A stretch of DNA of 64,000 bases from a virus, in IMG/VR virus record IMGVR_UViG_3300013137_000011, positions 14,803 through 78,802 of that record. One strand, 5' to 3'. A program made the translations under genes and the position numbers. The notes below the pieces were generated by a model, which had not been told where the DNA came from, searched no databases, and worked only from the letters and a program-made list of their open reading frames with translations. This document shows, one piece after another, positions 36,456 through 47,071 of this stretch; the stretch's first letter is position 1; each line of letters opens with the position of its first letter.

Positions 36456-39400
36456 TTTGCACCACCAGAAACAGCGTTCTTTCTTTTATCCTGATCTTGA
36501 CAATATTTATTGATTTTGTTTATTTCTGCCTTAGCAATTTGTTCTGCAATCTTTTCTCCATCAAGATATATACTTGCATCTATGTGATAAATATCTGGAC
36601 CACTATTCTTTAATGGATGCTCTTGTGGCTTTACCTCTTCCTGTTTATTTTCATCGCCCTTTAGACGAATTCCATTATCCTTAGCCCAATCTTGTAAATA
36701 CTTTTTAAAATATTCATCAACATTAAATTTTCCAATATCATACTTCTTCATCATTTCTTCTAAATCTGCTTTTGCTGAACCAGTTATGGCATCAATAGAA
36801 ACGCTTTGAATCTTTTCTGTTTTCATTGATAATTCTGCAATCAGTTTTGCTATAATATCTTGAGTTTTACTATCTGCTCTAAGTGCTAATTTTTTTAATT
36901 CAGCAATACCTCTAGTCATATCGCTATCTGGACCATTTACTCTATCTCTATCTGATTTCATTCTATTATATATTTGAATTTGTTTTGCATAAGCCTGACC
37001 TTCTGGGCTGTTGGCACCAACACCTCTTTCAACCATTGATCTTTGCCAATTAAATAAGAACTTGTGTCGTTCATCTATCTTATCCTGTTTTTCTGCTATT
37101 TGATTTTTCATATATGGCAGATAGTCAATCCAACCTTTAACTCTCTTCTGTTCATCTCCAGATAAAACCTGACCAGATCCACCAGACTGAATCTTACCAA
37201 GTTCCGATCTATAAAGTTTTATCTGCTCAAAATCTCTTGAAGTTTTAAGTTTCTTACTTTCAAGAATCTTTAGATTATTTCTAAGCCTAGTCTCACGCTC
37301 TCCACCAACACCCATTTGACGCTCTTGTATGGCAATTCTATCTTCTTCTTCCTTTATCTGGGCATAGTAGAAAGGACGCATCCACGGATCAATACTAGGA
37401 TCATTCATAGCCTTATACTTACTAGTATATAATCCAAATCTAGATCCAACAAGACTTCCTCTTTGATCTTGTCCTGTTCTCTGAGCATAAGATTGACTAG
37501 TAGAAACGAATATTCCCATTCCTTCCTGCATTGACTTAAATCTAGTGTCATATATTCTAGCATAAATACTTTTCCAAAGCATATATACTTTAGTTGAAAA
37601 ATCTTTTTCGATTAGAAGTCTAAGTTCAATATCTCCATAATGTAATCTCATTCTATCGTTATACTCATTTTTGAGTGAATGATATTGTAAATTGTACTCT
37701 GCAGAAATTTCTTGCTTAGTTAAAGCAAATCTATTCTGCATAATACTCATATACATATCATTATATACTTTAGAATATTCTTCTTTAAATCTCCTGGCTT
37801 CTAATTCAAGTTCATTTTTAACATTAGCAGCAGCTTCTTTTCCCATTGGTGTATCTGGACCACCGGCATTTTGAACCTGTTGATATCCACTAGAGATAAT
37901 TTCTCTTATATTCTTATAGTGTTCCCCATATAAGTATCTTCCAGAAAGTTTTGCATTAAGTTGTTTTGTAGCGGTTTCAATTGCATACTGAATCGCATAA
38001 ATTCTTTCTTTATGATCTTTTACTGCTAGTTCTTCTTTTCCTTCATATATTTTCTTATTCTTTTTATAGGCATCTGATTCTGGATCTAAACTAGAAAGAA
38101 TCCTATCTTTATCTGCTCTAATCTGCATTACAGTTTCAATAATATCTGCACGAAGAGTCTTGCCAATAAGTCTAAGTCTTGTCGCAACTGCACTAGCATT
38201 TAAGGTATTAGTTTCACTTTGAAGATTAGATATATATACTTTATAATCTTGACCAAATGCTCTAGCATAGAATTTTCTTATTTCATTTTGCTTTATTAAA
38301 TTATCCTTAGCAGTAAACATCTCATCATCAAATGATTTCTGATTCTGAATAGTTTTACTCTTATACTCTGCATCTGCATATTGTCCACGAAGTCTATATT
38401 CTTCAATTATATTCCTTGCTTTAAGTTCTTTTAAGTTGTTCTCTTCATCTATTTTCTGTTTAGAGAACGTATGATTAAGTTCTCTTAAATTATAATAATA
38501 TTCAACTGCAAGCATCTTTAATTTATTAGTATCTTTCTCGTTATATGCCTGCCGTCTACTAGTTTCATAAGTATTCTGTAAACTACCTAGAGAAGAAATA
38601 TGATCTGCCTCTGGACCTCTTCCAGAAAGTCTTAATCCAATAGAACTAATAATACTTCTATATTGTTTAAGTTCTAACATTCTAGATGTTTCGATCATAA
38701 ACAATTTAGCAGTTTCAGTTAAATTTAAATCTTTTATAAGACCAGGAATAAGTTTTAATTCCTTTTGAAAAGTCTTTATTGCTGCATCTAATACCTTAAT
38801 TTTTTCTGGATCTTTTTCTTTTAATTTAGCATCTTTTGCTATATTAAGACTATCATTTATATCTTTATTTAATATATTAAACCAATCAAGTTGTTTTTTT
38901 GTGGAATCTTTAATTGACTTTTTCTTATTTTCATATGATGGAAAAAGTTGTGATATATCTGAATCTAATGTATTACGAGAATTTTCTATATCGTTATTCA
39001 TTTCAAGAGCCATATTATGTAGTGACTCTATTCTTTCGATACTAAATTTTTTATTTATATCTATTCTTTGCTTTTCTAACTGTTTCTTCTTTTGGCTAAG
39101 ACTAAGTATTTGAGTTTCCTCTTTTGTAATGCTAGTAGCATCTTTTTCATATTTCCTAGTTAATTCTTCTATTACTTTAGGTCCAGAAAATATTTTTACA
39201 GAATCATAAGCACCATAATTTTTTAGATCACGATACAATTGTTTAGATACCTTATCTATTTGTTCATTAGATGATTTATTAAATTCATCTACCTCAAATC
39301 TTCTTTTTCTAATATTATCAAACTGTCTTCTATACTTATTGTTTTGTGAAGAATACTCTAAATTAAATCCACTACCGGATTGTATATTAGATGTAAACCA

Positions 39401-42400
39401 GCTACTTGTATTTAAATCTTTCCAATCTGGCACATTGGATAATTTTCCAGAAAGTTTATTATATTTTTTACTATATCCAGTTCTAGTATCAATAATATCA
39501 TATAATCCTGCAACAGACATTACTCCAATATCTAAAGATGGAATACCTTGCTTTTCTGCAAGTAATAGTGATGCAGTTAGTTTTCTATGTTTCATTAATA
39601 TCTTTTTATTAGTTTCTAAATCATCTCCAAATAGATTAAGATAACTTTCTTGACCAGAAACAAGTTTTTTATATTTTTCTACAGCATCTTCTGCTTGATC
39701 TATAGATTTCTTAGCTAGACCAATTATCTCATTGGATAATGGTTCCATTTCTGTAGCAAAAGGTTCTCCAAATAGTGTTTTTAATAATTTAGACCATTCT
39801 TGTAATTTTTTTTCTCTTTCTGGACCAGAAACAGATGCAACATCTTTAAATATCTCATCTGTCTTAGACATTAAAGTGTTCATCCTTTCTGGAGTTAGGA
39901 ACTGAAGTTTGTGTTTCCACTTATCTTTTAGTTCTTCTCTAACATTTTTTGATTCATCAAAACTCTTCTGAGGATCTGTTTTTGGAGCCATTCCCAAATC
40001 TCCATAAAATCCTAATGAAGTCAATATATGACCCCAACCTTTTTTAACAGAATCATCATATTCTAGTGGATTTGTATCATAATTATTTAATTTCTCAATT
40101 TCAAATTTAAATCTACTTCTTTGAGATTCTATTCTATCAGTAAGACCTATTGAAATAACCTTTTTTAGATTAATTAACTGCCTAAGTTCCTTTTCTGCTA
40201 CATTTTCTTCTTGATAATTAGAAATACTCATTTTATATTTTTCGTATAGAATTAGAATATTTTTTAGTTTATTTATATCAGGATCAAATACACTAGTTGT
40301 ATTTTCGACTGGAGCAATCATTCTCTCAATATATTTTCTAGTTATATTTGGAATAGTTGATATACTTTTTCCGGCATTTTGATCTCCAGTAGATTTATAT
40401 AAATCTCTATAAAACTCTCCGCCACCAATATATCCAATTGATGTCTCAAATGCACGTTTAGAAACATTAGACTGTGCTATTTTTTGTTTTAAATCTTCTT
40501 CAAGTTTATCCTGGTTATCTTTATACCATTTTAATGCGGCAGAAGCAATAATACCAACAGAAATACCTACTGCAGGATTTAATACTGTTAATAATCCACT
40601 AGCAATTCCTATTTTTGCTCCTGCACCTGCATCTCCTGTATATGCTGCTGCACCTATTCCCGCTAAAGCACCAACACCAAACATTCTGCTTCCTGCTCCA
40701 GGAAGTAATGTGCTTGGATATATATTTGAATTACCTGGATTAAATCCACCACTATAACCATATCCAGGTCTCTTTAAAAAATTATATATAGTTTCATCTT
40801 GTCCTAATATCTTATTTTTGGCCCAACCACCCATACTCCACAGAGCAGCAGAACCTCCCATAGCAACTATTGATTCAACTCCACCTGTAACGACACCTCC
40901 AATTCCAGGAGATCCTTGTGCTGCTTGCTTTAATCCAGTAAATAAATCAATACCCGCTTTTGCTATTTTTCCAATATCCTTAACTAATGGCTCTGCTATT
41001 TCAATACCAAACTTGCCCATCTCATTAGAAAGAATCTTCCATTGATCTATAATATTATTAGTCATTACCTCAAATTGGCGTTGACCATCATTCATAGCCT
41101 TCTGCTTGTTAATTGCTTCATCAAAATCCGCTTTAGTATATCTCATCAATATTCTTCCAGCAGCGGAAGTTCTTTGTTCAAAGATATCTCCAAGATACTT
41201 TTCTTGTTTTCCAGTTGGAAGTTTAGAAAGTCCTTCTTTAAGTCTATTTAATTTATCATAAAGACTTACAGCAGATCCATCTTCATTCATCATTTCTATT
41301 CCCATATCCTTGAAAGCCTTTTGTGCTTCCTTAGATGGATCTGCAAGTCTCTTGATAACACCTCTCAATCTCTCACCCATATCAGTTCCACGAATACCTG
41401 CATCTGCTAGTTTCATCATCATTCCAAGAGTATCTTCAAATCCAAGACCTGACTCATTAGCAACAACACCTGCATATTTCATCGCTTCTGCAAGTTTAGG
41501 AATCTCTGTAGCAGATTTTGCTGCAGCATAAGAAAGCCCATCGAGAACTCTTTGAGATTCATCAGCACCCATATTAAACTGCTTCATTATAACAGCAAGA
41601 TGAACTGCTGCTTCAGATGAATCATACATTCCTAAAGTAGCAAGTTTATTGGCATTTTCAGCATTTTTGATACTTGCAGCAACATCAAGATATCCATCCT
41701 TTGATTGACCTAATCCAGTAGAAACAATATGATACATAGTTTCTGCTGTCTGTGCAGACGAGAATACTGATTTATCCATATCAAGTATTCCCTTTTTAAG
41801 TAACTGCATCTGATCTCTACCATGTGCAGTTATTGATGCAACCCTAGTTAATCCCTTTTCAAATTGCGATTCTGCTTCAAATGCACGTTTAAATGCATCG
41901 GCAACACCATATAGAACTGCTCCAGTAGCAACCCATTCAAGATGGCGTTTAACCATCCATCCCATTTCATTCGACCATTCTTTAGACTGTTCTCTACGAA
42001 GACCAATCTTTTCCTGACGAGTCATATCTTCTTTAGATATCTCGCCACGAAGAATCTGTTCTTTTCTTAATTGATCGTAAGACTCTTTTCTTTTACGAAT
42101 TTGTTCATTTTCTAATCCTATTGTACTACGAATATTATTAAGATCATTTTCATATTGTTCATTAGTAAAATTATACAAAGTATAACCTGTATATTTTTTT
42201 GTAGTCCAATTATTACCTTTATTTTCTTTTGGATCATATATATCTGGATCTTTAAGTCTAATACCAAGTTCTTGTGCTATTTTATGAACTTCTTGTCTAA
42301 TTCTACTTACAGGGATATAATTATTATCTTGAGTTGTATTTAAATAAAATGGAAATTGTCTTGAAAGAGATTCGCTTCTTGCTCCAAAAACTTTATTTAA

Positions 42401-43792
42401 ATATTCTTGTGTTCTAGGTGCTTGACGTTCATTTAATAGTTCAACATCTTTATCAAACATATGTCTTCTATTAGGAGCAAACCTAATTCTTCTTATAGTA
42501 GCATTTCTGGTATTTCTATCAACTACTCTACTACTATAATTATTTAATAAATCATTTTTTAAACTACTTAATTCTTCTTTCGATAGTTTCCTATTAGGAT
42601 CTCCAACAACACTACCAACTATATTTTCTGGACCTCCTGCAGTTCCAGCATATCTTCTATTTTGAATAATTGCTTGTTTTGTTAATGCAATCTGTTCTTT
42701 AATTGATTTATCCTCAAACTGCATCATTTGATACATTTCTTGTGATTCATTATGCATTTTCAACAAATAGTTTAGTTTTTGTTGTCTAAATTCATTCATT
42801 AATTCTTTCATTAATGATGAAACACTAGAACCTTTTATTGATCCTTGTGTTATACCAAACTCTTTTTGTAGTTGTGCTATGTCGTTCTTTGAAAATATTG
42901 CATCTGATATTTGAGTTGGTTGATTTCTAAGATCCTGAAATATTTTTCTAGACAAATCTATTACGCCAGTTTTTTCATCAAAACCACGACCAACATAATT
43001 TCCAATTAAACTAATAATTGATCCTGGAAGTTTAGTTTCTCTTCCGCTAGGACCACTAGAAGATAATTTTCCTCCACCTGCCATAAGATGTGGAGTATTA
43101 ATAATTCCTTGTATTGTTTGATTTGCTTGATTCACCCTATCAACACTAGCAACAAGAGACTTCTCCAAGTCACTTAAACCCTTTACTCCTTTCTGTCCCT
43201 TCATGCTACTAATTAATTCTCTTAACGCACCCAACTCCCCAATTTCACCCATAGAACCTTGATTAAATAAAGGTTTAATACTTAATGACTGTAAATGATC
43301 ATTTATTTTCTTTACAGTATCAACTCTAGTTACATTGTTGTTTTTAATTATTTCTTCCATTGTTTGTTTAACAGATGCATTATATGCTCTTACATCTTGT
43401 GAAACAACATTCTGGAAATTCTGATTATTAGTACCAGACAAAGCACCAGCAAGACGTTGAATTTCTTCTCGTTGCGCTTTCATTCTGTGCAACATATTAG
43501 ATGATTGCACAGTTATATTTCTCATCCTATCAACAAGTTGCTCTTCTGATTTTATGGCTGCTCTCTGTATTTCATTATATGCTTTATAAGAACCACCAAG
43601 TTTATTTAGTATTTCTGCTTGTTTTAAGAATGAGTTATTATAAGAATCAATTGCTTTCTGTCCCTGATAAATAGAGGGAGCCCATTTAGCCATGGCTCCC
43701 TGCACATCGTTAACCAATTTACCAATAACTTGAAATTTATCAAGTCCAGAAGTTTCGCAAGCAATTCTAATGATGTTATTTATTTCTGACAT
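36452..43792 (-). CDS. tape measure protein (TP901-type core)
   Basis: 2446 aa, helical; LAEAMKYAG...LADAGIRGTDMGERLR. Confidence 0.92.
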   Translation of the reverse strand: MSEINNIIRIACETSGLDKFQVIGKLVNDVQGAMAKWAPSIYQGQKAIDSYNNSFLKQAEILNKLGGSYKAYNEIQRAAIKSEEQLVDRMRNITVQSSNMLHRMKAQREEIQRLAGALSGTNNQNFQNVVSQDVRAYNASVKQTMEEIIKNNNVTRVDTVKKINDHLQSLSIKPLFNQGSMGEIGELGALRELISSMKGQKGVKGLSDLEKSLVASVDRVNQANQTIQGIINTPHLMAGGGKLSSSGPSGRETKLPGSIISLIGNYVGRGFDEKTGVIDLSRKIFQDLRNQPTQISDAIFSKNDIAQLQKEFGITQGSIKGSSVSSLMKELMNEFRQQKLNYLLKMHNESQEMYQMMQFEDKSIKEQIALTKQAIIQNRRYAGTAGGPENIVGSVVGDPNRKLSKEELSSLKNDLLNNYSSRVVDRNTRNATIRRIRFAPNRRHMFDKDVELLNERQAPRTQEYLNKVFGARSESLSRQFPFYLNTTQDNNYIPVSRIRQEVHKIAQELGIRLKDPDIYDPKENKGNNWTTKKYTGYTLYNFTNEQYENDLNNIRSTIGLENEQIRKRKESYDQLRKEQILRGEISKEDMTRQEKIGLRREQSKEWSNEMGWMVKRHLEWVATGAVLYGVADAFKRAFEAESQFEKGLTRVASITAHGRDQMQLLKKGILDMDKSVFSSAQTAETMYHIVSTGLGQSKDGYLDVAASIKNAENANKLATLGMYDSSEAAVHLAVIMKQFNMGADESQRVLDGLSYAAAKSATEIPKLAEAMKYAGVVANESGLGFEDTLGMMMKLADAGIRGTDMGERLRGVIKRLADPSKEAQKAFKDMGIEMMNEDGSAVSLYDKLNRLKEGLSKLPTGKQEKYLGDIFEQRTSAAGRILMRYTKADFDEAINKQKAMNDGQRQFEVMTNNIIDQWKILSNEMGKFGIEIAEPLVKDIGKIAKAGIDLFTGLKQAAQGSPGIGGVVTGGVESIVAMGGSAALWSMGGWAKNKILGQDETIYNFLKRPGYGYSGGFNPGNSNIYPSTLLPGAGSRMFGVGALAGIGAAAYTGDAGAGAKIGIASGLLTVLNPAVGISVGIIASAALKWYKDNQDKLEEDLKQKIAQSNVSKRAFETSIGYIGGGEFYRDLYKSTGDQNAGKSISTIPNITRKYIERMIAPVENTTSVFDPDINKLKNILILYEKYKMSISNYQEENVAEKELRQLINLKKVISIGLTDRIESQRSRFKFEIEKLNNYDTNPLEYDDSVKKGWGHILTSLGFYGDLGMAPKTDPQKSFDESKNVREELKDKWKHKLQFLTPERMNTLMSKTDEIFKDVASVSGPEREKKLQEWSKLLKTLFGEPFATEMEPLSNEIIGLAKKSIDQAEDAVEKYKKLVSGQESYLNLFGDDLETNKKILMKHRKLTASLLLAEKQGIPSLDIGVMSVAGLYDIIDTRTGYSKKYNKLSGKLSNVPDWKDLNTSSWFTSNIQSGSGFNLEYSSQNNKYRRQFDNIRKRRFEVDEFNKSSNEQIDKVSKQLYRDLKNYGAYDSVKIFSGPKVIEELTRKYEKDATSITKEETQILSLSQKKKQLEKQRIDINKKFSIERIESLHNMALEMNNDIENSRNTLDSDISQLFPSYENKKKSIKDSTKKQLDWFNILNKDINDSLNIAKDAKLKEKDPEKIKVLDAAIKTFQKELKLIPGLIKDLNLTETAKLFMIETSRMLELKQYRSIISSIGLRLSGRGPEADHISSLGSLQNTYETSRRQAYNEKDTNKLKMLAVEYYYNLRELNHTFSKQKIDEENNLKELKARNIIEEYRLRGQYADAEYKSKTIQNQKSFDDEMFTAKDNLIKQNEIRKFYARAFGQDYKVYISNLQSETNTLNASAVATRLRLIGKTLRADIIETVMQIRADKDRILSSLDPESDAYKKNKKIYEGKEELAVKDHKERIYAIQYAIETATKQLNAKLSGRYLYGEHYKNIREIISSGYQQVQNAGGPDTPMGKEAAANVKNELELEARRFKEEYSKVYNDMYMSIMQNRFALTKQEISAEYNLQYHSLKNEYNDRMRLHYGDIELRLLIEKDFSTKVYMLWKSIYARIYDTRFKSMQEGMGIFVSTSQSYAQRTGQDQRGSLVGSRFGLYTSKYKAMNDPSIDPWMRPFYYAQIKEEEDRIAIQERQMGVGGERETRLRNNLKILESKKLKTSRDFEQIKLYRSELGKIQSGGSGQVLSGDEQKRVKGWIDYLPYMKNQIAEKQDKIDERHKFLFNWQRSMVERGVGANSPEGQAYAKQIQIYNRMKSDRDRVNGPDSDMTRGIAELKKLALRADSKTQDIIAKLIAELSMKTEKIQSVSIDAITGSAKADLEEMMKKYDIGKFNVDEYFKKYLQDWAKDNGIRLKGDENKQEEVKPQEHPLKNSGPDIYHIDASIYLDGEKIAEQIAKAEINKINKYCQDQDKRKNAVSGGAK

Positions 43793-44072
43793 GTCTGGTC
43801 TGTTCCTCTAATTCCTTTTGCATAGCAGGAGTTAGTTTTATAGATAGACCGGAACTTTCATCACCTTTCTTGTCTTTCCCACTTCTTTTTGATTTCTCTA
43901 GTTCCTCATCTAAACATTTCTTTTGTATCAAATAATCCTGTTCTTCACAAAGTTCCGATATAAGTAACTGTTCGTCTGTTAATCCCCAGACTTCTCTACT
44001 GAAGAGTCCGACTCCGTATCTTTTTGCGTAGGATTGTCTTCTTCTGACTTCTGGGGATCTGATGAGTTTTTT
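43776..44072 (-). CDS. -1 frameshift extension of the tail assembly chaperone (G-T-like)
   Basis: Slippery A AAA AAC at 44072-44066; -1 frame open (LIRSPEV...LTDEQLL...RNK) to TAA at 43778-43776. Confidence 0.8.
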   Translation of the reverse strand, partial: KKLIRSPEVRRRQSYAKRYGVGLFSREVWGLTDEQLLISELCEEQDYLIQKKCLDEELEKSKRSGKDKKGDESSGLSIKLTPAMQKELEEQTRHVRNK

Positions 44073-44761
44073 AGTTCTTCCTCATCAATCATCAACTTAG
44101 TATAACATCCAACAAGATATCCCATTTCAGTTTCTTCAAGTCTATCTACAGAATCAATAGTCTTAAAAAATCTCTTCGAATGATTATCTGCATACTTGGT
44201 TTGTGCAAAAATCATCGCAATAGTTCTTGCTGCGATATACGACTCTCTATAAAGATCGTCCTCATAATGTTCGTAATCTGCATAAATTGAGTATGCAAGA
44301 TACTTTCTATCAATATATACACCTTTAATAATATTTGATTCAACTACATTAAACAACTTCCAATCAATAGGTTTCTCTTCTTCATCCTTATTATCTGGAT
44401 CATCCTTCCAAAATAGTTTTAAAGTTCCTAAATCTGCTGAGTTATGCTCAATTGAATAGAATACATAATCATTAGTTTTCTTATTAGATTCATCATCCCT
44501 AAGAGGAGTGATTTCAACATGGGCTTTATTAGATTCAAGAGTTCCATCTTCCTTTGCTTTATTTAGAAGAGTCCTAAAAGCCTTCTTTTGAATTATTTTA
44601 TCAGAATATCTTGGAGTATCCAGGAATAGTCTGTATTCTTTCTTGTTAATGTTTATTGTAACAATTCTATTAGGATTTTCGTCTGGATTTACAATATCCT
44701 GCAACGAACTAATATTTTCCGAATCAATAATCGGAAGTACCTTCTTTTCTTCTTCTGACAT
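43979..44761 (-). CDS. tail assembly chaperone
   Basis: Between the major tail and tape measure genes; contains the slippery site. Confidence 0.8.
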   Translation of the reverse strand: MSEEEKKVLPIIDSENISSLQDIVNPDENPNRIVTININKKEYRLFLDTPRYSDKIIQKKAFRTLLNKAKEDGTLESNKAHVEITPLRDDESNKKTNDYVFYSIEHNSADLGTLKLFWKDDPDNKDEEEKPIDWKLFNVVESNIIKGVYIDRKYLAYSIYADYEHYEDDLYRESYIAARTIAMIFAQTKYADNHSKRFFKTIDSVDRLEETEMGYLVGCYTKLMIDEEELKNSSDPQKSEEDNPTQKDTESDSSVEKSGD

Positions 44762-44785
44762 AATATCCTCCTAGTTTTTTATTAC

Positions 44786-44816
44786 GACGAGGGTTTGAAA
44801 TTATCTCGCCCTCGTC
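44786..44816 (-). promoter_or_regulatory. conserved-loop hairpin (GAGATAAttTCAAA)
   Basis: gacgaggg/ccctcgtc stem, 13 nt after the major-tail stop. Confidence 0.6.
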
Positions 44817-44829
44817 ACAGATTCCATAC

Positions 44830-45624
44830 TTACAGAGCAGACTGGACCGCAGTACCGATGATAACAGTAGAACCAATATCAAGTCCGTGGAAAATCACAC
44901 AGCCCTTTGCTCCAATGGCCTCTGCATCATCATAAGGCAGGAACTCGTAAGAAGGATCTGCGGTAACACCGTCATCTCCCTCTCTATCGGTGATGTCGAT
45001 ATAATCAGTTCCTGCACCCTTATATCTAACATAAGCAATCGCAGAAGATTCATAAGTGCTACTAAACTGACTATCAGCACCGGCATGTGCCGTGCTAGAA
45101 GTAGTTCCAGCAGTATGATAAACCTTTCCTGCGAAAGTTCTTACTTCATCACATCTACCAGAAATCGTAAGCATAGTGGCGGCGCCAGTAGAATTAGTAT
45201 TGCCCTTATTATCCGCTTTACAATTTCTAAGATACTCAGTAGTAATAACCTTAGCAGTTCCTCTGCGAAGTTCAGATTCCGAAGCCTCTGGATGGCAGTA
45301 CTCCTGTTGAAAATCAACGGGAAAACTATTAGCGATATTGAAATAGTTGTTAGCACTACTCGAAATATTGCCCCATCTCTGAAGATCGGCAAGATCCGTG
45401 AGTCTAAAATTACCACTCCAATTATATGAATTTCCCTGAGTCAGATACTTGGTTTTGAGAGATCCCTGCTCGGGACAATCAATCGAAGAACCTGCTTCAT
45501 TATTAGTAAGACTCTCTTTATGATAGAGTCTCTTAGTGGTTCCAGAATTAGGATCGACCGCCTTAGTGATGATATGGCTACCACCAATTCCAGGTACATC
45601 GGTAAACTCGTTAGTTGCGCCCAT
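44830..45624 (-). CDS. major tail (tube) protein
   Basis: Position before chaperone and tape measure; high-expression-type codon usage. Confidence 0.7.
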   Translation of the reverse strand: MGATNEFTDVPGIGGSHIITKAVDPNSGTTKRLYHKESLTNNEAGSSIDCPEQGSLKTKYLTQGNSYNWSGNFRLTDLADLQRWGNISSSANNYFNIANSFPVDFQQEYCHPEASESELRRGTAKVITTEYLRNCKADNKGNTNSTGAATMLTISGRCDEVRTFAGKVYHTAGTTSSTAHAGADSQFSSTYESSAIAYVRYKGAGTDYIDITDREGDDGVTADPSYEFLPYDDAEAIGAKGCVIFHGLDIGSTVIIGTAVQSAL

Positions 45625-45638
45625 TTATTTCCCTCCTT

Positions 45639-46343
45639 TCATTCGATATCATCAGGCAGTTTAACTTTTATAACCGCCGAACCTTCCATCCCATTTGCGA
45701 ACCTTCCTGAATCTTCAATTCTATCTATTTTGACTCTACCAACTGTGATTATTCCGCTCGTAGAAATGGCAGGAGAGACTGAATAATCCTTTAGTTTGAT
45801 GTTAGAAGAAAGTGCTGATTTCAATTCTTCCTTGATTCCATCTCTTTGTGAGACATCGAAACTTCCATTCTTCCTAACATCTGCATAAAAACCAATCGAT
45901 AGAATCTTTGTATCCTCTACAGTACTTTTTCCCTGATCATACTCCTGATCTATTTCAGAATCTATTTCAAACCACACCGCAGGCGTGGAAACTTGCTCTT
46001 TGTCTATTTGATTAAATGTTTCTTGCCACGATAACATCAATACTGGTTTATATTGATATTCAATTTCTACATTTTGACTAGAATTTGATGCATTAAATTG
46101 TAAGTTTGTGCTATTACCTTTTCCACCATAATTTATTACTGTATATTGATTGACCTGTGGATTTGAACTTACTCTTGTAAATCCATCTATATTATCACTT
46201 CCAGAAATTACTCTATTCTTTAATAATGTTTTGGAAGTACTTATGCTAAATGGATTTTCAGAATAATTTCTAGTAGATAAGTATAAATCAATGTGATCAT
46301 AAATGGATCTTATTATATTATCTGCGTGTTGTTGTCTATTCAT
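45639..46343 (-). CDS. tail terminator / completion protein with an inserted beta domain
   Basis: Position; PAVWFE. Confidence 0.55.
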   Translation of the reverse strand: MNRQQHADNIIRSIYDHIDLYLSTRNYSENPFSISTSKTLLKNRVISGSDNIDGFTRVSSNPQVNQYTVINYGGKGNSTNLQFNASNSSQNVEIEYQYKPVLMLSWQETFNQIDKEQVSTPAVWFEIDSEIDQEYDQGKSTVEDTKILSIGFYADVRKNGSFDVSQRDGIKEELKSALSSNIKLKDYSVSPAISTSGIITVGRVKIDRIEDSGRFANGMEGSAVIKVKLPDDIE

Positions 46344-47071
46344 CTTCTTCTTATGATTGGAGTCAATCCCTGTTCAATTCCGCTTATTTGGAAGGCTGTC
46401 CTTGTATTTGCAAGATTATTTAAATCTCTCATTACTAATTCAGAAAATCTTCTAGTCAACGCTTCTGCTGATTCCATTATTCTTGTAACTACTTTTCTAT
46501 TTTTCCGCTCTCTTACTTTAAAATTTGTTCCAGTAGAAAATCTTATTCTGGTTTTACTTTCTGCTCCACCGTCACGAATCCTTTTGTATTCATATTTACT
46601 TCCGGTTGGTTTTCCATTTATTACATGTCTTCTTATTTCTACTGTTTTATCTTGTTCGTCAAATTTCTTTTCAAAAAATATTATATTTCCTGCACTTAAT
46701 GGTTTCCTTCCCCTCTCCATAGCCTTCCAATAATCTATTGGTCTTTTTATGTATGTTTCAGAATGTTTTCCTTTACTGTATGTTACACTTTCTGAATATT
46801 CTGGATCTATGAAAACATTCATAGACATTCCAGAAACTCTTCCAGACGATCTTATTTCTCTTGTTGGTTCCCCTACTTTTATCGATCTTGCAAGTATTCC
46901 GTAATGATATCCAGGTCCATCAGGTTTTAATATCGAATCTATTTTCTCTCTTATTTCAGTTGCTAGTGTTTTAAATCTATTAGTTAGTACATTCTGTAAA
47001 TCTCTAGGAAATCTACCTAGTGTACTTGTTATCTCTTCAAGACTTATCTGAATTGATATTTTCGGAATCAT
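46340..47071 (-). CDS. neck / tail-completion protein (HK97 gp10-like)
   Basis: GILARSI...YWKAMERGRKP; basic. Confidence 0.55.
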   Translation of the reverse strand: MIPKISIQISLEEITSTLGRFPRDLQNVLTNRFKTLATEIREKIDSILKPDGPGYHYGILARSIKVGEPTREIRSSGRVSGMSMNVFIDPEYSESVTYSKGKHSETYIKRPIDYWKAMERGRKPLSAGNIIFFEKKFDEQDKTVEIRRHVINGKPTGSKYEYKRIRDGGAESKTRIRFSTGTNFKVRERKNRKVVTRIMESAEALTRRFSELVMRDLNNLANTRTAFQISGIEQGLTPIIRRR

